A stretch of DNA of 64,000 nucleotides, taken from assembly GCA_027923505.1 (NCBI GenBank), contig BROI01000002.1:1116001-1180000 (forward strand), written 5' to 3'. Below the pieces are notes generated by a model. It saw only the letters and a program-made list of their open reading frames with translations, searched no databases and was not told where the DNA came from. Origin of the DNA: Mayamaea pseudoterrestris. Lineage: Eukaryota. Below, in pieces: positions 35,378-46,839 of this stretch (the stretch's first letter is position 1; every line of letters starts with the position of its first letter). The position numbers and the translations under genes are program-made.

Positions 35378-35900
35378 TCGACTCAAGTCAGATACGGAAG
35401 AGTCGAATACTGAGCACGAAGTTATCAAGACGAAGATCCTCGAAAATGTACTTGAAGCTGCTAAACTCGCCGGCATTCAGCATGTCGTCGGAGTCGATCG
35501 TTCTTCAAGCTCCACAGAACTTGCGTTAAATGCTCGACTTGAGCAATGCGGTATTCCGTACACTTGCATCTTGCCGGCTGGACAGCTTGTGAGTATCCCG
35601 GACTACTCGTATCGCAAGGGCGTCATTGGACAGCTACGCGTACAACAACAGCAGCAGCAACAGCAAAAATCCAAAGCCAACCCGCGTTCTTTGGGCACAA
35701 GTGAACAGCAAATAGCCCGAGAGGACATTGCCGCCTTGTGTGTCCAGTCTCTGCAATCGCTGGACTGGACGACTAGTCGAACGCTACATGTACATTGCGC
35801 CAAACCACTTCAAGTGCAGGCTCCGGTTGAAAAGCGGCCAGATCAGGAGTGGTGCGTCGAGTCACGACAGGTTGAGGCAGCCCTGGCTGGTATTGCTTAG
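35376..35900 (+). pseudogene. 3' half of a host gene (NAD(P)-binding/NmrA-like fold) cut by the retrotransposon
   Basis: Open frame from the LTR edge to TAG at 35898-35900 with no ATG: '...KILENVLEAAKLAGIQHVVGV...LEQCGIPYTCILP...IAREDIAALCVQSL', resembling the C-terminal half of atypical SDR proteins. Confidence 0.65.
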
Positions 35901-36465
35901 TGGAGATACTGGACATGCGTAACGTACAGTGGTACCTGTTGCCTCCGGTAAGTCATCACAAATGATAAGGGTCGACCACCCGTTCGAGTGGCAACGATCA
36001 TTGGACAATAACGATAGTGTCCCATTCTTATACATGAGGTGAATAAACATGTACATCTACAGCATCTTTTCGTACAGCAGCTCCATGTCAATGAGCTTTG
36101 TGCTAATATTCATTGCTCGCCGTAGCCGTAAAGTAGCGATACGACGATATTATCGTCGGATCATGCATAACCGCTGATTTTCATTTCAAAACGGTAAGCA
36201 CGACTGAAATACGATGGACATTGATCCGAAGAATGGTTCGCCTTCGGCCAAGACGGTTTGCGTCAACTAACTGCCGGAAGTGTCATGCCACATCACGAGC
36301 CGGTGTCAACGCTTTGTGTGGAGCTGCAAAGCATTCCAATTCATTCCACAAATCGAGCCTTGCTTGGCACCACCACACAACCCAAGATCAAACATCAGTC
36401 AGTCTGTCGAATCTCGGCAAGCGTCTGTAAACGCACTTTACTTTCACTTGTCTTATTCGAATACA

Positions 36466-36969
36466 ATGGGAAAGCGATCCAATCCAACGCAGATACCGAG
36501 CCTCATCCACGCCAAGAATGACGAGCTCGATGACATTTCATCCAAGAGACAAAAGTTGGATACTACCATCGAGTCACTCGCCCATACGCTACTATCCATT
36601 CAGTCAGATTCGTCCGATCATTCTCTTCATCTAGCACATGGCAAGAATGGAGCGAGTCAGCGACTGCGGGCGCAAAGTTACGTTTCGGATGATGACGAAT
36701 CTGAGTCGCCGAGCTTGACACTATCTTCTCGTTCCAATAAGTCGAAAGCCTTTGTGAATACTCATTCTTTGCTACGATGCGCTCTTCCGTGTCCTCCTCG
36801 CTTGGCTGGTCGCATGGTGGAGTCGTTGCCTACGGTTGGTGGAGAATCTGCGCCAATGCAGCTCTTGTCGCCACTCCCGCCGGGACGTCCGCTTCCTCCA
36901 CGGCCTTCTCTTCCGAGTGGCATTGTTGCCATCAACAGTCATTCCGTGGTTACGAAACAGACGACGTAG
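36466..36969 (+). CDS. Small hypothetical disordered Ser/Pro-rich protein
   Basis: ATG at 36466 in ACAATGG context; 167 aa with NLS-like 'SKRQK' and C-terminal 'PLPPGRPLPPRPSLP'. Confidence 0.55.
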   Translation: MGKRSNPTQIPSLIHAKNDELDDISSKRQKLDTTIESLAHTLLSIQSDSSDHSLHLAHGKNGASQRLRAQSYVSDDDESESPSLTLSSRSNKSKAFVNTHSLLRCALPCPPRLAGRMVESLPTVGGESAPMQLLSPLPPGRPLPPRPSLPSGIVAINSHSVVTKQTT

Positions 36970-37655
36970 ACTTTCTGCGTCTTGGCATAGGATTTCAAGC
37001 TTTCCTACATAACTTTACCGGGTTCGTCCAAGCAAACTGCATTTTACACTTCACACCGCTATGCAGCGCGCGCCAATCAACACAGCTATTACAGTCACAT
37101 CTTCGAATAAAGTCTATTTATGTTTAGAGCAATAACACTAGTAATTGCTACTACAGCATCTTACTCGTATCTACTGTTAGGCTTCAGTAGAGATTCGACG
37201 CATCAAAACTCTTGCCCATCCAATGGAAGATTCGACCTCAACGTGGACGAGCACGACCACGAATCAACACACCGTCCGGCGCTTGCCGGGCACCCGGCAA
37301 TGATTTGCGGTTATGAATCATCGCTCATAAGTAAACTATACAGCCCCTCGAAGGAAGGTTCTATTGGGACAATGGGCTGCACTTGCATGGTTCGCTTTTG
37401 AAATTCCGGAGCGAGCGACGGAAAAACCTTGTTCTTCCGGAACTTTGACTGTTCCTCGCTCATGTCAAATGTGAATTGACACGACTGACACGCACGTCAA
37501 AGCGCGCGCGCGGAAGGCTATCGTAGTCATGACGTTTGAGTAAGTACGCGTATTATCTACCGGTACTTAGTTGGCACTTTGTTTCGCAATGCTTCATGTT
37601 TACTCGAATCATACAAAGGACATCATAGTAATCGGTTTGCTGACGAGCAAAGCTA

Positions 37656-39056
37656 TTATGTACTCGTTCGTCGTCGAACGTTTCGAAGCTGCTCACGCAA
37701 GTTGTCGTAGCGGTCACGCTCAGCTTCCCGTTCGCTCGCCATGAAAACCTGAGCCCGCGTCAAAAGCGTCCGCTGAAACAAAGGTGATTGCGATTGAAAT
37801 TCATCAACGTCTTCGAAATCAATGTACAAAAATGTCTTGGACAATGATGTGATGCAGCGCATTTGAAGGTTCGACAGGGCTCCGGACGAGTCAATCATGA
37901 GCTCCGACTCTTTCCGCAGCAGACACCACGTCGAATCGGGATCTAAAGTCGGCAGAAGGCTTTCGTCCGTCAAACTGAGAAACATTTCTGCGTCAAGTTC
38001 GTTTTCAGTGCAAAATGCAGCGACAAGTTCACTGGCCATAAGGCTATGTTCTTTAGACGCCGGCTGCCGTCGTATGATCGAGAGCACTTCCGAAGCTGTG
38101 AAGCACTCAGCTAGACCGTTCCAGAATTGTTCAGACATATCCAAGAAGTTCAGAACACAATGTTTAATCACTGCATTGATAATGTGTTGCACACCAAGCT
38201 TTCGAGCAGCTTCTAGATAAAAGCAGCACCAAGACACATTCAAATCTTCCGCTAAGGCTTGATCGAGATCGCGCATGAGCTGAGGCACCTTGAAATAATC
38301 GCCGAGCCAGAAGAGACTGACATGTACATCTTTTGATAAGGGTCGCAGTTGCCCTACAACACCCTGATTTGAATAGAGCCAGTACATGTAGTCCAGCAAG
38401 TGAGGAAAGGCCGCAGCCGTCGCCTCCTCGAGTTCGATCCGACTATGATGTCTTTCACCTTCCACATAGTTAGAACCGTTTTTTGGGCTCAAAAGATTTG
38501 CAAAATACTCGCTTCCACTAGCTATCATAAGCTTGTGTACATTGTACTCGAATATAGTCTGCGTGTCTTTGACCACTATATCAATCCTGTAATCAGAAAA
38601 TGACTCGTCTGGATCCTGCCGCCAATCAAGCGTCGGAATACCATCACGTAGAAGAATCGGCGGACGCATAGCAAGCAACTGCTCGTCTAGTAGATCAACA
38701 AGCCACCAAAGTCTCAGGGGCGGCGCATGCTTCGCATCCGTAACTGGATTGCTCATGTAGTAGGACGTGTATTCGCTTAAGGTGCGGTCGAGAGTGCAAA
38801 GGTGCCAGCGTCCGCAGCGCCCGAGGCAAATGATGAAGCTCACCTCCTTGCCGTTCCATATTCCTTTCATCTCAAATTTCGCCGAGTTTTTTACCGCGTT
38901 AAGTGTCTTGGCTTCGTCCTTTTTGAGCTTTCCAGCAAAAGTGTACTTGCCGTTCATCGCTTCCAGACCGCAGCCTACAACGACAATCGCTTCACTATTT
39001 CCATCATTTTGCGCGATCGCTTCGCCCTCAACTTGCGGTAGAATAGCATCGTCCAT
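37656..39056 (-). CDS. BTB/POZ domain protein
   Basis: 'LDWRQDPDESFSDYRIDI...YNVHKLMIASGSEYFANL...AAAFPHLLDYMY...LGDYFKVPQL' is a BTB fold followed by BACK-like helices. Confidence 0.9.
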   Translation of the reverse strand: MDDAILPQVEGEAIAQNDGNSEAIVVVGCGLEAMNGKYTFAGKLKKDEAKTLNAVKNSAKFEMKGIWNGKEVSFIICLGRCGRWHLCTLDRTLSEYTSYYMSNPVTDAKHAPPLRLWWLVDLLDEQLLAMRPPILLRDGIPTLDWRQDPDESFSDYRIDIVVKDTQTIFEYNVHKLMIASGSEYFANLLSPKNGSNYVEGERHHSRIELEEATAAAFPHLLDYMYWLYSNQGVVGQLRPLSKDVHVSLFWLGDYFKVPQLMRDLDQALAEDLNVSWCCFYLEAARKLGVQHIINAVIKHCVLNFLDMSEQFWNGLAECFTASEVLSIIRRQPASKEHSLMASELVAAFCTENELDAEMFLSLTDESLLPTLDPDSTWCLLRKESELMIDSSGALSNLQMRCITSLSKTFLYIDFEDVDEFQSQSPLFQRTLLTRAQVFMASEREAERDRYDNLREQLRNVRRRTST

Positions 39057-39565
39057 GTTGGATAGGTAGTATGTAATGACGACGGAGTTGTCAAAGGCGA
39101 ATTGTTGTGTTGCGCATGGTCGCCAGGGAAGGCATCACTGCTCCAGAGCGTCGTTGAAAGCAAGTACAGTAGGAGTATATGGGTGGTCCATCGAACGCAA
39201 AATGAGTACTTGTTTCAGTTGAATGTCGGAACGGTTCTCGGCGATGTTGTCGACGGATTTTTAGTTTTCGCTCGAGATCCGTCCACCCATTTGATATTTT
39301 TGGCGTTGGGCACTAGTTCAAAATGAGACAGCCATTAGTAAACAAGACACAGGTAACATTCAGTTAATATACTCTAATTGGCTGACTGAACTCTGCAAAA
39401 ACATTGTATATTTTTAGCAGCAACGCCCCGTCTGACACATCGCAAAGGAGCCTGACGAACATCCTCGCATAGCGAAGCAATCACAAAGTGCATTACACAT
39501 CTCGTCCACACACTCATTAACGACAGTCATAGCCCGCCATAATTCTATTCATTTCCGCTCATTCT

Positions 39566-40629
39566 TCACTGATTCGATGCAGCCGCCGAGTCTCCAAACG
39601 TCGCCTGCACGTTTGCATCACTCTGCTCGCCACCCACCGTCGTCAATAGCTGCGTCAACCATTTTTGCACCGTCGGATCATTCTGAAGGTGCTGCGCGAA
39701 GGTATTGTCGCGAAGCGACGCCGGAAGACACGTCTTTAACGCTTCCCGCGCCCGTGGATGGTCAGCAAGTCGAAGGTAGCAACGAACCACATGCTTCAAC
39801 AATCGTACTGAAGGATGAATCTGAAGCAGCTGCACCATGTTCACCAGGACAGTGGAAATGGCAAAGAAGCGTTCCGCCGTCGCGCAAACATAGTTGAGCC
39901 CAGTCTCTTCGAGCAAAATCTTTTGAACGATAAAGGTAGCAACAGTCTTGCTGAGCTCCGATCCAGTCTCCATAATGCGCAAGCACAATGGAATAATCTC
40001 CGTCGACAGCAAGAAGGAAATAACTTCAGCGTCATCCACTTTCACAAGCGCTCCAATGACACCAAGACTGGTCAACCGCAAGTACTCGAACGGCCGTGTC
40101 TTGGATTGCGTATTCAGAAACGGATACAAGTACAGTGGAATCTGCGCACTCAAAAAGGGCTGACGGGTGTCCGGATGCGAAGCAACGCATTGCAGTAGCG
40201 CCAGTGCATTACATACTCGATTCGAAGCATGCGCCGTCAAGGTTGGAGGCGTCAAAAGTGGGTATATGGAAACAATTTCTTGTAGCAACGCTGCGATAGT
40301 GGCCGTCGAATGCCATAGGATTGGCGCCAAGTCCGGGAAACTTTCGCGCTTTTTGGAGAGTTCAAGTAACACTAGTTCTCGCTGTGAAGAGACGGAAGAA
40401 ATATACGTAAATTAGGGGGGCAGTGGCAGCTTACGATACGTCAAAAGCTTGCTGTTTCGAACAACCAATATCGACAATGTCAATATGAGCATATGCCTCA
40501 CTTATCCTCCATTACACTCACCTGCTCTGGATTCGTCAGCTGCTTGACCAGTGGCAGCAGCTCATCCATGCCGCCTTGAGGAACTGATGGATTCATTGGT
40601 TGCGCTGGAGGCGCCGTCGATGCCATCAT
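39566..40629 (-). CDS. CNOT9: CCR4-NOT subunit CNOT9/Rcd1/Caf40 (2 exons)
   Basis: Hallmark sequence 'LLELSKKRE...[18 protein letters not shown]...[19 protein letters not shown]...[17 protein letters not shown]'. Exon 1 is 40629-40522, intron 40521-40382 (GTGAGT...CAG), exon 2 40381-39566, all in frame. Confidence 0.97.
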
Positions 40630-40853
40630 GGTGATTTGATTGTGGTCGTCGCGTGCGGCTCGCAAGAAAGCGACCTTTTGTCGTACCGGCTTTGACCTAG
40701 GTAGCTATTGATCTGTTTATCGGTGTGTTGACATTACGCGCGGACAAGAAGCCGCCACCGTAACGTTATCATTTTCCATTCCCAAGTCATTCAAAGGCTC
40801 TTAATGGTTAATAGACACAAATTAGCTGCTCTACTAAAGTTCATAAAGCCGTC

Positions 40854-41668
40854 TCATTCGTGTAGGTCTTTCCACTCCTTCAAATCCCTTCGATATTGCT
40901 TCCACTCGGTAATTTCCTTTTGCTTGAGTCGATCCCTCAAACGTTTCAAACAAAACATTCCAAGAATCATGTATATAAAGCCAATGCCAAGCATGAGCCA
41001 TGAAGAAATCTGCATAAAGATTGCTGCCCAGCCCACTTGAAACTGATCCTTCTGGTGCACAATATCTCGAATCCGCTCCGAGTAACTTTCCTCCACGCAA
41101 ACAAGACCAATAAAGGAGTATATGAATCCCCGGCTAAAGAATCGAGTCATTAGCGGAGATTGCTGAATCCATGGTACCGGCAAGTCGGCTTCGACAATGA
41201 TGATGGCAACGCAAAAGACGCTGACATAGACTTTGAGTGCGAGCGACAGGGCCCCCATGCGCGTCATGACCTCACCAGGCACCATGATGACGGGAATGAC
41301 TTGAGTGGCAACCAAGCAAATGGACGAAACGCAGGCTGTGAATTGAACAAAGTGGAATATCCAGAGGCAAGGGTTTTGTCGAGGTACATGGGGTCTGCCG
41401 GCTGCTGCCGTAGCCGTCGTGGCCGATCCGCCGCCGACGGAAGGAACATTGTCAATGGCGGAGATGTCGTCATCGTCCACAACGTCTCTTGGCGGTAGTG
41501 ATGTTCCATAGTCTCGCTTCTTGTTCTTTTTGTGTTTTGGCTTTTTGAACAAGTCGCTTACTTGCTTGGGCAGCGAGATGGAACTAAAGGCCGTGCTTTC
41601 GTTATCGTCCTCTGGATCCTGGAGCGAAGGACTTCCTGATCCAAATAACGGAAGTGATTCTCGATGTC
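40854..41668 (-). CDS. Multi-pass membrane protein, COPI-associated/TVP15-like; true start upstream uncertain
   Basis: About four hydrophobic segments with 'FFSRGFIYSFIGL' and 'IGFIYMILG'. The frame stays open upstream of the track start to a possible splice acceptor near 41669. Confidence 0.65.
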
Positions 41669-42263
41669 TACATAGTGATAGTCAATTGAAATTGAATCTG
41701 TGAGGATACTGTTTTGTTTGGTATCATAATATGTTGCGTTTACGTCGCCGGATGTTGCCGTTTCGTTGCGCTGTCATCGTCTCGTACCTGTCATCATTCT
41801 CTGGTAAAATCCAATCTGGATCATACGAATGACCCTCGTTAGCGTCGGTAATCCTAATGCTTGGAGCACTCATTTATGTTTGTTGCATTTGTGTGTGAGT
41901 ATCAGTATTGTAAAAGTGAAATGATGCCATGGCGACGACGCGACGACGCTGCGACGGATGCGAGTCTTCCTCAGACGTCGTATCGGTACTTGCGCTCATC
42001 GGATTTGCTAGTCCAAAGAAAGCAGCGACCCGCCACAAATTTCCATATGCTGTAGAGGAAAGTGCATTCTAGCAAAAGAGAGATAGTATACATAAAGTTA
42101 TAAAAGGTATGACAATGTAGCAAAGGCACAAGAAGCCGGGATCTGCATATCGACACGTTGTACTGGTAGCGCAGGTCTCCGAGGAAGGGTAGCTCGCTAG
42201 ACCAGCCCATAGCTGTCTTCACCAGCTGCTGTAATCGACCGACTTATTGCACACTGACAAAAG

Positions 42264-44943
42264 TCAACTTGCAGCATCAGATACTTTTACCACCTTGCGT
42301 TGGTCGTGATTGCAGTCATTAGTTTCTGGGTCAGCAAAGGTGATACTCGACGTGAAGTGCACCTTGCTTGAATAAGAATTGTCAAACAAGATGCGCAGTA
42401 GTTCCTTCGTTAATGCCCGAGGCTCGCAAGGAAAGGGTTTGATGGTAAAAGCGTTGGCGCCAGCGTCTATAAACTCCTTCTCCTTGTCGTTTGCGGACAA
42501 GCCGCATATTCGTGATGTGACACCCCGGCTGCGCATTATTTCGACCGTCTCCGTCCCAAGTAACTGCTTCTCGACGCTAGCCATGTACATGTCCATGAAT
42601 ATCATGTCAAACTGTTCCGTATCGGTTAGCTGGAGCGCCGTCTCTCCGTTCGAGACTTCTCGAATATCCCAAGTTGGCGCGACAGTTCGTATGGTGCGTG
42701 CAAAGAGCTTTCGAAGTATCGGGTCATCGTCAACAAACAAGACTCTAAACTTTTCAGGTAGTTCCTTGCCTGCACCGCCCGTTTCTTCATCGACCAAGTC
42801 CATGTGGCACATCGACATGTGGTTTATCGAAGCCTCTTGCGCCAGCTCAAAGTGTTCAGATGCCTCGGCCGAAACTGGTGGTTGCTTTAGATTCACAACA
42901 AATCGAGTGCCAGGACATCCAGGTACTCCACTCTCGAAAGTTTCATCAAGATACAATTTCCCTCCCAGCAGTTCCACAAGATTTTTGCAAAGAAATAAGC
43001 CAATGCCCTGAATATAAAAAATGATTGAGCTTACATAGTCGCGCACGCGACGCCAAACGTACCACCGAAAAACGTACCGTTCCTTGACTCAACATGTCGA
43101 GACTCTCTTGGAACTTGTGGAAGAGCATCTTGCGCTTCTCCGGTGGTATGCCAGGCCCCGAGTCAGAAACGGACAGTAAGATATTGTCATCAACTAGCTC
43201 GGCTGCAAGCCGAATAAAGCCTCGATCAACAAACTTGCAACTGTTTCGCCCCAAGTTTATAATCACTTGCTTTAGTCGTAGACGATCTGACATGACCCAT
43301 ACATTCTTTGGACAGTCGACTGATATTTCAACTTGACTTCCTCGCTGTGTGAGCATTGCCTGCACAGGTTCAAAGACGTCATGCAGAAGGTCGACTGGGG
43401 TCAGATCAACCTTCATCTGCTTGTTGCTAGCTCGATGCATGTCCAACATGTTGCGCAAAAGGTCGTTGACAAACTTGAGAGCATTTTCAATAATTGAAAT
43501 ATCCTCGCGACAACATTGTTGCGCGGCTGGATCAACAAGTGGCGGCTGCTTGTCCACAGCGGCCTTGACAAAGCTGCAAGCTGCCATTGCGGCAGCGACT
43601 GGATTGCGCACCTCATGCGCAATGAAATCATTGAGCTCACGTTCGACTCTAGCAGACTCCTCGGCGCTGGCTAAAATCAGCGACGCTCGTTCTGCTTCGT
43701 GTTCCATTTTTTCGCGGTTGTAACGCGCAAAGCGCTTCATGTTGTAGTAGACCCAAATCGACAGACCCACGGACGCACAAAGTATGACGGAACCTCCAAT
43801 CACAATGAAGAGAATGTCCGGCTTGTAAGTGCCCGACTGTTTAACAATGACTACTCCCCAGATCTTGTTGCCAGCTTCAATTTCCGACTGAATGAAATCC
43901 GCCTTGCTTTTAGTCAAGTCTTCGAGTTTGGTCTCGTTAATAGCCGTCAATTGAGCAGTCCCATTTGATTGCGGCTTGATACTCGCAGCTCCCAGAAATA
44001 GCGGCGTTCCACTAGAGTCCGACTTGTCGTACAAGTAAACATCGTACTTTTCTCCTTGATTGGCCGCCGATCGCTCAAGTAAATCAGGTATTCGAATGAC
44101 AATAGATGCCAAATCTTTGGGCCAAATGTCGGTTTGCTGCGTCAAATTGTAGCCAGGGTGCATGAGCACCACTCCATACGAAACATCCTCAGTTTCCTGA
44201 ACGAGAATCAGTCGATCAGTGAGCGCAGGCATGCCATTGTTCATGCAATATATGACAGTTGCCCGTCTTGAACCTGAGGCATGATAATCAAGGTCTATTG
44301 CTCGTTCATTTCCTTCAACTGGCTCCATGTAGTGAATTGGAAAATAAAAGTCTCGTTTCGGCATGACTGTAATAGTCGTCGCATTCGCCGTTACAAAGCC
44401 TCGAATGCCTTGATAGTCAACAGTCGGATAATACTGGGCATAGAATTGGCGCGCCTCTTCCTCAACGGCTGGTCTCTCCGCGTCTGTAATATTAGGATCA
44501 AACTGCGCCGCCTTGAATCGCAAACCACCATCCGTAAGATATTCATACAGATCGCGAAAGTCTCTTCGCGTAAAGTTTCGCCCTCGACAGCGCATGTGAA
44601 TAACGGCAGCTGCGTTCTCATAATCGTCCCAAGCGACTTGCATCTTTTTCGTCAAGTCAAAGGCGCTCCGCTCAAATTGCTCGGCTTGCACCGTCTGCGC
44701 CGACTTGATTCCCATAGACAAAAAGGCTGCGCTCGTGACAATACCGAGAAATAATATTAAAGTACTAACGGCTGGAATGTTTTGCGTTCTTGAAAAGAAT
44801 GAGTCTGTCGACGCGGATCCGTCCGTTTTCGGCTGATCATCCTTTGGTGCTCGCTCCATGTCGGCCATGCCTTCGACAAAGGAAGCAGATCCATCCTCCT
44901 CAGAGCTTCGTCTGCTGGAGCTTGTATTGGAGAAGTACTTCAT
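42264..44943 (-). CDS. Hybrid sensor histidine kinase: TM-CHASE-TM-HisKA-HATPase-REC (2 exons)
   Basis: CHASE-like 'FYFPIHYMEPVEGNERAIDLD' between two TM helices; H-box 'DFIAHEVRNP'; N-box 'RLKQVIINLGRNSCKF'; G1 'VSDSGPGI'; G2 'GT|GIGL' split by a 70-bp intron (43077-43008, GTACGT...CAG); receiver 'FVDDD...FMDMYM...KP'. Confidence 0.93.
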
Positions 44944-45997
44944 ATTGACGGAGTGAATAAAATGTCTAGGCGTTTGCGACTTTGAAAGGAAGCAACGGCG
45001 ATGATTGCCAGAGTATGCGCTTCTTTCGCCGTTACCCTTATGACTGATGCTTGAAGGCTCTTAACGTCATATATATATGTATTACTGCTTCTTCACTAGA
45101 CAATTGATTTGTCAAAGCAAACGTTGCTGCTAATCAGAGGATCAGAGAAGGTGAGAGCCGGATTAACTGTAAGTGCGTCGCTGGGCGTCTCCGGATATGA
45201 CGCCTGCGAAGAAATGTCAATGGCGAAAAATCGGCTTCTGTGCTGGCATTCATGTTCGGCGTCATCCGAATACGAGTCATATCTATGACTATTGACAATA
45301 ACAAGTCGATGAATTGCACGTAACTTCAACGACTGGACGCAGAAATCGACTCGATGCTCTGCGCCAGGGCATCGCATTTGCCTTATCGACTTTCTGAACG
45401 TGCATGCTCGCGCACTACCGTATAGAGTACAGATTTCCATTAACTTTGATGCTCGCAATTCACACAAAGGGCGTAGAATGGCAGTACAACAACTTTCGGT
45501 ACCGTACAGCTGACTCATAGTTGACCATGGATAACTCCCATTGAATTGCACCTATCCGACTAACCACACCCAACTGTTCATGATGTACAGTAAGTAAATA
45601 ATGCGTTGTATGGTCGTGTAGTAATAAGGATACTTGTACGATACTCCGAGTAGACAGTAAGCAATCAGCAATCAGCAACCAGCATGAAGCGACTTCCTCG
45701 CGAGACATTGTTGACAGTATTGCCCTAAGTGGGGCAATATCAACCAGATCGCGTACACGTCCGATAACACACGATTCAGATGTACTCGAGTATTGCCTGA
45801 CAGACAAAGATTTCCGTCTTGCCCTCCACAATGACCAATATTTATGCCCCGAATCTTCTGTGCTTGCGGAGGATCCGCGGTCCCATTTTTTTACGGCTTA
45901 TTATAAACACAAATCACACCAAAAGCTCCGCTGCATCGGACGTTATAGGTCAAGATAATTTTGTGCTACAAGAACTAATTGTTGACAGACGAATACT

Positions 45998-46618
45998 ATG
46001 TCTTCCCCTTTGAACGTCCCGAACGCCATTGCCTTCTCCTCGCCATTTAAGGAAGTCCCTCCACGGAAACCGGGTCGAGTGAAGTCCATCGACCTAGACA
46101 CGCCTGAAACGTTGAGGAGTGGCGCCAGGAGAGTGAGTGAGTCGTCTCTGCGGTCGTTTTACCAAGGAATGAACCGACGTGGGTCCAACGAGTCTGCGCT
46201 AACGGCTTCAGTCGGTGATTTCGATCCCTACAGTCAGCTATCCATAGAGCTTGTGCCGGATGGAGGAAACTCGGATCGGGACCATTGCCACAGCAGCTTT
46301 GCCCCTGACTGCTCCTTCCATATGCTGGCGCTTGATAAAAGTCCTTCCTCGTTTGCTTCGCCCCGAGGCTACGTGAAGACAGACGGCAAGCCAGAATACA
46401 AGTACAATGAATACGACAGACAAAGTCTCTCGGCTTTTCGATCGGAGTTACCTTTACAGGAAGAGCCCACTGGTGCTAGTTTCAGTACTTTTTGTCCGGA
46501 TTACTCAACCACTGACATTGTTTTCGGAATAGAAGAAGAACGCAAAACGATTGGTTGCTTGGTTGACCGGAGGGCCCCTACCAAGGTCAGCCGTGATCAA
46601 CAATCATGTCTTAAGTGA
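45998..46618 (+). CDS. Hypothetical disordered protein
   Basis: 206-aa ATG-initiated ORF of Ser/Pro/Arg-rich composition; no domain recognised. Confidence 0.55.
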   Translation: MSSPLNVPNAIAFSSPFKEVPPRKPGRVKSIDLDTPETLRSGARRVSESSLRSFYQGMNRRGSNESALTASVGDFDPYSQLSIELVPDGGNSDRDHCHSSFAPDCSFHMLALDKSPSSFASPRGYVKTDGKPEYKYNEYDRQSLSAFRSELPLQEEPTGASFSTFCPDYSTTDIVFGIEEERKTIGCLVDRRAPTKVSRDQQSCLK

Positions 46619-46839
46619 TGTCATTGCTCAACATGTTTTATTTACTTGTGATGCTGCTCTAGTCATTAAGTTTTTGGTTACAATTAGTGTCATCGCAATG
46701 AATAGCTAGACCGGTCCGCTGCTAGAGTTCATCCATTTTCGGAACTCTGTCGGGCTTGATGCCTAATCAAAACCTATAAATAGCCAATCCGCCAATCCAC
46801 AACGTAACTATAGGACACGATTACAGTAAAGTACTGCAT

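Noticed and set aside
45096..45831. Short minus-strand ORFs between the kinase and the 45998 gene
   Set aside because: Non-ATG starts, no motifs; the region looks like a divergent promoter.
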